DNA from: a virus | Taxonomy: Duplodnaviria; Heunggongvirae; Uroviricota; Caudoviricetes | IMG/VR virus record: IMGVR_UViG_2802429225_000009 | Coordinates: 1 to 29,934 of that record | Length of the DNA: 29,934 nucleotides | Reading direction: 5' to 3' (one strand) | Shown: piece by piece, positions 1 through 5,998 of the stretch | Layout of the letters: the number at the start of each line of letters is the position of its first letter | Numbering within the stretch: the first letter of the stretch is position 1 | Program-made: the position numbers and the translations under genes | Notes under the pieces: model-generated | What the model was told of the DNA's origin: nothing | Databases searched by the model: none | Seen by the model: only the letters and a program-made list of their open reading frames with translations

Positions 1-990
1 TTATGTGGATGAAATGTGGATGCCTCCTTTTAACGGATTAAGTGAAATTGCATCCTGGAGGAAATCAGGAGCGAGGTGCGCATAGGTCATAGTTTGCTGG
101 ATCGTGGCGTGCCCCATAATTCGCTGGAGCGTAAGTATATTTCCTCCATTAATCATAAAGTGAGCAGCAAAGGTATGGCGTAGAACATGTACAGCCTGTC
201 CTTTTGGTAGGTCTGGCTTAACACTGCGAAGCACCTTGCGATATTCCTCATAATTGACGTCAAATAAAAGGCCGGATTTCTTTGTTTTGATCTCACTAAC
301 AACTTCATCAGAGACAGGAATAATTCGAACTTTTCCGTTTTTAGTTTTGTTAAACGTCACGCGATTATTGATGATGTGTTCCGCGCGCAGATTTTTCGCT
401 TCTCCCCATCTCGCACCAGTACTGAGACAAAGTAGCGTAATCCGCCGGGCATCACCGCTTACTGCATCCAGTAATTTGGCGATTTCTTCCGTGGTGAGAT
501 ACGTCATTTCGGGTGATTTTCGTTTCAAAGAGGGGAGGGCGCGGAGCGGATTTTCTCCGTGAAATTCCCCGGCATTTGCCAGGAGTGTAAACATTCCTCC
601 GAGATCCGACTCATCACGCCGAACAGTAGACTCTTTTACTCCCAAAGATAAACGGGAGCTTCGATAAGCAGCCATGAAACGAGCATTAATCTGGCTAACC
701 CTTGGATCATTCATTTCTTTGATGATTTTTTTCAACCTGGTTAGAACGCCGTTAGCATATGGCTTATTGCGTCCACCCAATTCCCACCATAACGGAAGCA
801 GATCTGAGAGATGACGTTGCTCTGTTGGCTTTTCAAGCCATTCCTTATCGTGCATGTGGCTGAGAACATAACGCTCAAAGGCCACTGCATCTGCCTTTTT
901 CTTAAAAATCCGCTGAATCCGACGTCCACTTCGGCCACGCGGTCTAACATCCACTTTATACCGTCCACCATCGAGTGCTTTAATTGCCAT
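1..990 (-). CDS. int: Tyrosine recombinase, P2-type prophage integrase
   Basis: Minus-strand ORF whose translation from the second Met (MAIKALDGGRYKVDVRP...) matches the remembered N-terminus of P2 Int (MAIKKLDDGRYEVDIRP...). C-terminal HxxR...Y catalytic region (VLRHTFAAHF...MGHATIQQTMTYAHL). GGAGG lies 8 nt upstream of the ATG at 990. Track ORF 1..1023 starts 11 codons earlier without a good RBS. Stop codon is at 1-3. Confidence 0.9.
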   Translation of the reverse strand: MAIKALDGGRYKVDVRPRGRSGRRIQRIFKKKADAVAFERYVLSHMHDKEWLEKPTEQRHLSDLLPLWWELGGRNKPYANGVLTRLKKIIKEMNDPRVSQINARFMAAYRSSRLSLGVKESTVRRDESDLGGMFTLLANAGEFHGENPLRALPSLKRKSPEMTYLTTEEIAKLLDAVSGDARRITLLCLSTGARWGEAKNLRAEHIINNRVTFNKTKNGKVRIIPVSDEVVSEIKTKKSGLLFDVNYEEYRKVLRSVKPDLPKGQAVHVLRHTFAAHFMINGGNILTLQRIMGHATIQQTMTYAHLAPDFLQDAISLNPLKGGIHISST

Positions 991-1056
991 TGGCAAGCCC
1001 TCCGGTGAAACGAGGAAAGACATTTCCAGTTTGTAAAACGTAAGAATAATAAAGGG

Positions 1057-1359
1057 TTAACCAATTTTCCTTTCGGATGGGGGTAAATCCGTTGGCTCTT
1101 GCCCATAGTGTGCGAGAGCCGGAGCTATCTGCCCGGATTCAGGCGCAATTTTCCCAGTCATAAACCACAAGGCATATTTTTCGAACCGCGGGCAATTTAA
1201 GATTTTCATCATTACATCCCCTTTGGGTATGGATTCGCCAGTCTCATAACGCCATAGCGCGTTATGCGGAATACCTATTAACTCCGCAGCCTCATTGCGA
1301 CTTGTAATGCGCTCACTTTCACGCATTAGTTTTAGTTTTTCACCAATCTCCAAAATCAT
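1057..1359 (-). CDS. C: P2 C-type immunity repressor (HTH)
   Basis: Translation from the internal Met (MILEIGEKLKLMRESE...PKGDVMMKILNCPRFEKYALWFMTGKIAPESGQIAPALAHYGQEP...) is near-collinear with remembered P2 C (…TPPTDVMMNILQTPQFTKYTLWFMTNQIAPESGQIAPALAHFGQNE…). GGAG lies about 9 nt upstream of the ATG at 1359. Same strand and immediately upstream of int, as in the P2 Pc operon. Confidence 0.85.
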   Translation of the reverse strand: MILEIGEKLKLMRESERITSRNEAAELIGIPHNALWRYETGESIPKGDVMMKILNCPRFEKYALWFMTGKIAPESGQIAPALAHYGQEPTDLPPSERKIG

Positions 1360-1453
1360 ATTGCATTCTCCAAATATGTAGTGCATTATGCAAACAATGA
1401 GTTGAACTATGGGGTAAATATCTCACCTATACCCCAAACAGGGAGATTATCAC
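1360..1453. promoter_or_regulatory. Divergent Pc/Pe-type lysogeny switch region between C and cox
   Basis: 94-bp AT-rich gap between divergent start codons. TGCATT repeated at 1363-1368 and 1382-1387. 7-bp inverted repeat TGGGGTA / TACCCCA at 1410-1416 and 1430-1436, just upstream of the cox RBS. Role assigned by analogy to the P2 switch; promoter elements not mapped. Confidence 0.4.
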
Positions 1454-1780
1454 ATGAATGAAGAACTATTGAGGGCATTGTTTAAGATCCCAGACCCCAT
1501 CACCGTCGATGAATTTGCCCGCCGCACGGGCAAGACCGAATCAGCCGTAAGAAAGTTGGTGGAACGTCGGCTCATCCCTCTGGCCACTGAGCGTGAAGTT
1601 TTAGGCGAGGAAGGAAGTTCACGCCGCCTTCTCATCCTATGGAACGAGTGGCTCGAAATGGTCTATGACGCAACGAAACAGCTTCCTCCTGAGCGTAAAG
1701 ATTGGCGCAACCACTGGCTTAATAAAGCCAAGAAGCTGGCGGAAGATTTGGGATTAGGCTTCCTTAATTTTGCTGCATGA
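1454..1780 (+). CDS. cox: Cox/Apl-like excisionase and switch regulator (small HTH protein)
   Basis: First gene of the rightward early operon, divergent from C, 108 aa. GGGAG lies 8 nt upstream. HTH-like stretch (VDEFARRTGKTESAVRKLVER). Call rests on position and size more than on sequence identity. Confidence 0.65.
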   Translation: MNEELLRALFKIPDPITVDEFARRTGKTESAVRKLVERRLIPLATEREVLGEEGSSRRLLILWNEWLEMVYDATKQLPPERKDWRNHWLNKAKKLAEDLGLGFLNFAA

Positions 1781-1798
1781 GATGCAGGGAGTTTTGAT

Positions 1799-2140
1799 AT
1801 GAAACAGCAACGTAATTCACGCTTTCGTAATGGTGCTGAACGCCACGCTAACCGTTTCGCTACCAGTGCATCACGCAGCAACATCCGCTACAGCCTGAGT
1901 GATACACACGCAACGCCGGATGGCTACCCAGTAAAACAAATCGGCGAGCATGCCTGGCTGATTGAGAAAGCTGGAATCGTGGTTCACAAATGCCCACGCA
2001 ATCCGTTTACCGGAAACCGCATTTTTGCATTGAGCTGCGGCGACAATCAGTTCGGGCAGGATTTCACATTATACGAAGCACTACGCACGGTTGATCGTCT
2101 GCTTCGCGGGCAAAGTTTTATTAAACAGGCTGATTTATAA
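1799..2140 (+). CDS. Hypothetical early protein
   Basis: 113-aa ORF with GGGAG 9 nt upstream of the ATG, in the early operon. No recognisable motif. Confidence 0.5.
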   Translation: MKQQRNSRFRNGAERHANRFATSASRSNIRYSLSDTHATPDGYPVKQIGEHAWLIEKAGIVVHKCPRNPFTGNRIFALSCGDNQFGQDFTLYEALRTVDRLLRGQSFIKQADL

Positions 2141-2150
2141 CAGGTGCTTT

Positions 2151-2429
2151 ATGACCAAAGAGCATGCACAAGGTGTATTTATCCGTTTTATTGATTTTCG
2201 CGGTGAACTGTTATTACGCGCATCGGCTATTGATGCTGTAGTCCCGGCAGCAAAAGATGTGGCTACTTACCTTTATCTGAACGGCACGCGATTGTTTGTG
2301 GAACTTCCGTACCAGACCGTGCGCGAAATTATTAGCGAAGCTGAAAAAGCACGTCAGGTTAATGGCGATGAACCCTATATCGAAATTATCTGCATGGATT
2401 CAGAAGCTGAAATTCAAAAGGCAGATTAA
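2151..2429 (+). CDS. Hypothetical early protein
   Basis: Start re-set to ATG 2151 (MTKEHAQGVF...), which has AGGTG upstream. The track start at 2091 would overlap the previous gene. 92 aa. Confidence 0.45.
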   Translation: MTKEHAQGVFIRFIDFRGELLLRASAIDAVVPAAKDVATYLYLNGTRLFVELPYQTVREIISEAEKARQVNGDEPYIEIICMDSEAEIQKAD

Positions 2430-2440
2430 AGGGCGTTGCG

Positions 2441-2683
2441 ATGGATAAAGAATATAAAACTCTCGTCAATAAAGCACTTGAGCGCTTTCATTTTCGCATA
2501 AGCGCATCAGGCACTCATGCTGAACTCGCAGCCCGAGAGTCATTGACCAGGGCCATCAAGAGTATATACGACACAGCTTTTTACATTGACGACCCGGACG
2601 CGCTCGACGAGCTTTCCATACTCGTCTGCGCCGCAGAAAACGGGGACCATATTGAGCCATATAAACTGGGGAATATTGCATGA
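2441..2683 (+). CDS. Hypothetical early protein
   Basis: 80-aa ORF with AAGGG upstream, tightly packed in the early operon. Confidence 0.45.
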   Translation: MDKEYKTLVNKALERFHFRISASGTHAELAARESLTRAIKSIYDTAFYIDDPDALDELSILVCAAENGDHIEPYKLGNIA

Positions 2684-2793
2684 GTATATTTATCTCATGG
2701 CTTGTTCTGATTATTTCGGTGGCCTGCGCCATTGGGATTATGCGAATTATTCATTCAGTAAAAAAGATTGAACGCTTTTTCACTGACAAATAA
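2680..2793 (+). CDS. Possible small hydrophobic peptide (37 aa, one TM helix)
   Basis: ATG overlaps the stop of the upstream gene (ATGA). Translation MSIFISWLVLIISVACAIGIMRIIHSVKKIERFFTDK. Below the track's length cutoff; coupling and hydrophobicity are the only support. Confidence 0.25.
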   Translation: MSIFISWLVLIISVACAIGIMRIIHSVKKIERFFTDK

Positions 2794-2885
2794 CAGATTA
2801 AACAAAACACCAGATTAAACCCGAAAACCTGAAAACTATCCGCATTCGCGGAGGTATTCGCACACGTAAATAACGGAGATATAAA

Positions 2886-3302
2886 ATGAACGCAAAAGAA
2901 AAAAATATTATCAATACATTAAAAATAGTGTCAGCAGAGCAAGACAAGCTGTCCAGGGCAGCCCAGAAAGATAATCAACATATGGCAGCGCTTTACGCAC
3001 TGACCATCGCAATAGCCACCTCTGAAGCAGCCAAAGTTATTGAGGAACAGAGCAAAGAAATCGACACTCTTAAAACACAGTCAACAGTTGCAACCATGAA
3101 TCCGTCCAGCATTGGACGCTGCATTTATATTCTTGGTTCAGCAATGATGCTGCGATACACCATTATTGCCGAACTGCACGGCAAATACCTGATAACGCCT
3201 TACCACACAAAAGAGTCAGAGCTTCTGACAAATCTCCGCCTGATAGAACGCTCTCAAGCTGTATTCATTGATGACGCGCAACGTGCCGTATTTAACGCAT
3301 AG
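2886..3302 (+). CDS. Hypothetical protein in an AT-rich moron
   Basis: 138-aa ORF with GGAGA RBS. The gene is visibly more AT-rich than its surroundings and follows an AT-rich gap with short direct repeats. N-terminal half looks coiled-coil-like. Confidence 0.5.
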   Translation: MNAKEKNIINTLKIVSAEQDKLSRAAQKDNQHMAALYALTIAIATSEAAKVIEEQSKEIDTLKTQSTVATMNPSSIGRCIYILGSAMMLRYTIIAELHGKYLITPYHTKESELLTNLRLIERSQAVFIDDAQRAVFNA

Positions 3303-3325
3303 GGTTACCGGACAAAGGGGGCGCA

Positions 3326-3529
3326 ATGGCAATTAAGCATTTTCCCGTCGTTCGCTTTACCTCCAGAGGGCGCGAATACGAGGTCGACGAACGCCTGATT
3401 ACCACTATCGACAAACATCGTTCGGAAAAGGATGCACACCACATCTACCTCACTGACGGCACTTATTTCTGCGCCACCAACGTGGCGCGGGTGAATCTTA
3501 TCCGACAGGTACAGGAGCATCGTAAATGA
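3326..3529 (+). CDS. Hypothetical protein, first gene of a coupled four-gene operon
   Basis: 67 aa, GGGGG RBS. Its stop overlaps the next start (ATGA at 3526-3529). Confidence 0.5.
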   Translation: MAIKHFPVVRFTSRGREYEVDERLITTIDKHRSEKDAHHIYLTDGTYFCATNVARVNLIRQVQEHRK

Positions 3530-3744
3530 GCAGAAGGCGAATCACACGCAGGCATCGCCGCACACACATGAATTCCTTACCGACGCTGAAAGAACTCATT
3601 CAGCACGAGATCGCTGATTTCTGCGCAACGCTGGGGTCGCCAGGCGAACCGGAAACGCCAGAAGCGATGCAGCGCGAACTCATGATGCGCATCGATAACG
3701 TTTTTGACTTTTTCCTGAATAACAAAAGAGAGCAATCAACATGA
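3526..3744 (+). CDS. Hypothetical protein with a strongly basic N-terminus
   Basis: 72 aa (MSRRRITRRHRRTH...). ATGA overlaps at both ends (3526 and 3741). True start could be the internal Met (MNSLPTLKEL...). Confidence 0.4.
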   Translation: MSRRRITRRHRRTHMNSLPTLKELIQHEIADFCATLGSPGEPETPEAMQRELMMRIDNVFDFFLNNKREQST

Positions 3745-3944
3745 ACAAAAAGACCTGGTTTCGCGCATACATGTGGGCGCTGGTATGCGTCCTCGTCTCT
3801 CTCATTCTGTATGCAGGACTACTCCCCCGAATGATTTCATCAGACAGCTCCTTCCTGGTATTGCTGGGCATTTTCATTGCCATGCTGTACCCGGCAGGCG
3901 TTGTTCGCCTTTTCAGTAAGTACATCAAGGAAATCAAACAATGA
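3741..3944 (+). CDS. Small integral membrane protein (two predicted TM helices)
   Basis: 67 aa with two hydrophobic stretches (WALVCVLVSLILYAGLL; FLVLLGIFIAMLYPAGVV). Coupled by ATGA overlaps to both neighbours. Sits immediately upstream of the SPFH gene, the position an NfeD-type partner usually occupies. Confidence 0.55.
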   Translation: MNKKTWFRAYMWALVCVLVSLILYAGLLPRMISSDSSFLVLLGIFIAMLYPAGVVRLFSKYIKEIKQ

Positions 3945-4771
3945 AGAAATTCAAACCCTTTCAGATTCTCCCGCTTTTTGCCGCCATCCTGCTGGTTGGC
4001 TGCGATCGCGTTGAGCCAGGTAATGTGGGCATCAAAGTCAACAAGCTGGGCGACGACAAAGGCGTTGGCGAAGTGGTTGGCGTTGGCCGCTACTGGACTG
4101 GCTGGAATACCGAGGTTTACATCTTCCCGACCTTCAAACAAATGAAGACCTACGATGAGCCGTTCAGCTTCCAGATGAGTGACGGCACAACCATCGGCTA
4201 TCACATCGGTGTGGCCTACAAGGTTGATCCATCCAAAGTTACCACTGTGTTTCAGACCTACCGCAAAGGCGTGGATGACATTACCGACACCGACCTGCGC
4301 CAGAAGATCGCCGACGCACTCAACCGACTGGCCAGCAAAATGACCACCGATAAATTTATCGACGGTGGCAAGTCTGAACTGCTGGATTCAGCACTTAAAG
4401 ACATTCAGGCAGAAATGACACCTATCGGCATTCAGGTAATGAGCCTCTCTTATGTGGGTAAGCCGGAATACCCGCCAACCGTTATCGACAGCATTAATGC
4501 CAAAGTCACGGCAAACCAGAAAACTCTGCAACGCGAGCAGGAAGTTAAGCAACGCGAAGCAGAAGCCAACATGCTGCGCGCAGAAGCTGCCGGACAGGCT
4601 GATGCCATTCGAACAAAAGCCCAGGCTGAAGCCGACGCCATTCGTTTACGCGGTGAAGCTCTGCGCCAGAATCCCGGCGTTATGGAGCTGGAAGCGATTA
4701 ACAAATGGAACGGCACGCTACCGCAATACATGACCAGTAACACCGCTGTTCCGTTTGTTCCGGTGAAGTAA
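3941..4771 (+). CDS. SPFH/Band-7 (HflK/HflC-stomatin-like) lipoprotein
   Basis: 276 aa. N-terminal signal peptide with lipobox (AAILLVGC). Band-7 core followed by a C-terminal A/E/Q-rich coiled coil (QREQEVKQREAEANMLRAEAAGQADAIRTKAQAEADAIRLRGEA) typical of HflK/HflC-type proteins. Confidence 0.75.
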   Translation: MKKFKPFQILPLFAAILLVGCDRVEPGNVGIKVNKLGDDKGVGEVVGVGRYWTGWNTEVYIFPTFKQMKTYDEPFSFQMSDGTTIGYHIGVAYKVDPSKVTTVFQTYRKGVDDITDTDLRQKIADALNRLASKMTTDKFIDGGKSELLDSALKDIQAEMTPIGIQVMSLSYVGKPEYPPTVIDSINAKVTANQKTLQREQEVKQREAEANMLRAEAAGQADAIRTKAQAEADAIRLRGEALRQNPGVMELEAINKWNGTLPQYMTSNTAVPFVPVK

Positions 4772-4838
4772 TTCAACCCGGCCAGTGAAACCGCTGGCCG
4801 AAAATATAACGAATAAACAAAAAGCCAGAGGACAGAAC

Positions 4839-4985
4839 ATGCACAAAGCCTTTGAACGATGGATGCGCCAGCGTTACGGCAATCGCTATGACCTGACAAG
4901 GGATGTTGATGGCTACTACTGCCGCGAAATTGTGAAACGAATGTTTGAAGTGTGGTGTCACGCTCGCGGCCTGTACGCCGTGTAA
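4839..4985 (+). CDS. Hypothetical small protein
   Basis: Start re-set to ATG 4839 (MHKAFERWMRQRYGNRYDL...) with AGAGGA 7 nt upstream. The track start at 4785 is GTG inside a hairpin. 48 aa. Confidence 0.35.
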   Translation: MHKAFERWMRQRYGNRYDLTRDVDGYYCREIVKRMFEVWCHARGLYAV

Positions 4986-5019
4986 TCCGTGTCACTGTCA
5001 GAAGCTTAACCCATGTATA

Positions 5020-5146
5020 CACAAAAAAACCGCTTGCCATGCCGCAATCAGTCAGGTTACATTTCCGCTGCACCTCATAAAACGGGTGCCGGGTTTCGCA
5101 GCCTGCTGACAACCAAAGCGCACAACCGCGCCAGCGGTTTTTTTGT
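5020..5146. repeat. Perfect 15-bp inverted repeat pair flanking about 97 bp
   Basis: CACAAAAAAACCGCT at 5020-5034 and its exact reverse complement AGCGGTTTTTTTGTG at 5132-5146. The interior holds further short hairpins. No convincing ORF. Confidence 0.6.
5124..5143 (+). terminator. Candidate intrinsic terminator for the upstream early/moron operon
   Basis: ACCGC-GCCA-GCGGT hairpin (5-bp GC-rich stem, 4-nt loop) followed directly by TTTTTTT at 5137-5143. Stem is short, so confidence is modest. It coincides with the right arm of the 15-bp inverted repeat. Confidence 0.35.
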
Positions 5147-5323
5147 GCGTACTGTATTGCCACGTCTTTTTCGCACACGAATTATGGCGGGGCGTACGGG
5201 GCCGACTTCGGTCGGGCCGGGTTCTTTGGTTGCCGGTACTGCGAACCCCGTACGTCTCGCCACCCACAGTTTCGCAGCTCTGGATGGTGAGTTTTCAAAA
5301 CTTACAACCAAAGAGGCCACTCC

Positions 5324-5554
5324 ATGGCAAACCGCAAACAGCTCCGCGCTATCGCGGAGCGTCGTCACATCCAGACTGAAATCAACCGCAGACTTTCCCG
5401 CGCATTCCGCGTCGCTAAAATCATGCACATCAATATGCTGCATGAGCGTAGCTGCGAACTTTCAAACCTCTACTCATCCGCTGTTTTCAGTTATCTGGCG
5501 GATGATCTGCGCGAGCTTCAGCAGCTCATCCAGCAGCAAAACAAACTCCATTAA
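5324..5554 (+). CDS. Hypothetical protein
   Basis: 76-aa ORF with AAAGAGG 7 nt upstream. Predicted helical and basic. Lies upstream of A. Confidence 0.5.
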   Translation: MANRKQLRAIAERRHIQTEINRRLSRAFRVAKIMHINMLHERSCELSNLYSSAVFSYLADDLRELQQLIQQQNKLH

Positions 5555-5626
5555 TTCCTGTTCCGGGCCTTTCCTGCACCTTGCGGCGGGAGGCCTTCGC
5601 ACATCTGTAACAAGAGGATTGCCGCA

Positions 5627-5992
5627 ATGATTCTCGCCAACGACTTTCTTGAATACCTGCTCAACACAGAGCGTGATCTTGCCGTTCGCGTACGTGAACG
5701 TTATGACATGTACCTGAAATCCCTGCCTGTACCGCAGCTCGCTGACGGAAAGATTGTTATTGATGGTCGCTACATGATTGACAGCCACGAGGGAAATTAC
5801 AGGCTTTACCGCATTGAAGGTGGCACCCCGTCCGTTATTGGCATTTACCAGCGCCCATCCTCTGCAATCGTCGATGTGATTGCCGACAGCATCCGCATCA
5901 CACATCGCCATGCCGACACAGAAGACACCGTGCTGGAAATTCAGCGGCTGGCTGCCGTCTGCCGCGACACCCTGAATGGCATGACGAAGTAA
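5627..5992 (+). CDS. Hypothetical protein immediately upstream of A
   Basis: 121-aa ORF with AGAGGA RBS, tightly packed against the A start. Confidence 0.5.
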   Translation: MILANDFLEYLLNTERDLAVRVRERYDMYLKSLPVPQLADGKIVIDGRYMIDSHEGNYRLYRIEGGTPSVIGIYQRPSSAIVDVIADSIRITHRHADTEDTVLEIQRLAAVCRDTLNGMTK

Positions 5993-5998
5993 ATCACT

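Noticed and set aside
3680-4204. 174-aa minus-strand ORF
   Set aside because: Antisense to the coupled small-membrane-protein and SPFH genes. No independent support.
5186-5262. Possible tRNA or tmRNA-like gene suggested by the GC-rich stems and a sequence ending near ...CGCCACCCA
   Set aside because: No cloverleaf can be drawn: no 7-bp acceptor stem pairing the ends, no T-loop (GTTCRANNC) and no anticodon arm of the right geometry. Kept only as a generic structured-RNA candidate.
4990-5320. Retron (msr-msd flanked by a1/a2 inverted repeats)
   Set aside because: The 15-bp inverted repeats resemble retron a1/a2, but no reverse transcriptase gene follows; the downstream ORFs are 76 and 121 aa.
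5013-5630. 205-aa plus-strand ORF, plus minus-strand ORFs 5052-5267, 5075-5443 and 4450-5178
   Set aside because: They cover the GC-rich structured intergenic region and overlap each other in several frames. The translations are Arg/Pro/Ser-rich low-complexity with no start context. The region is better read as non-coding.
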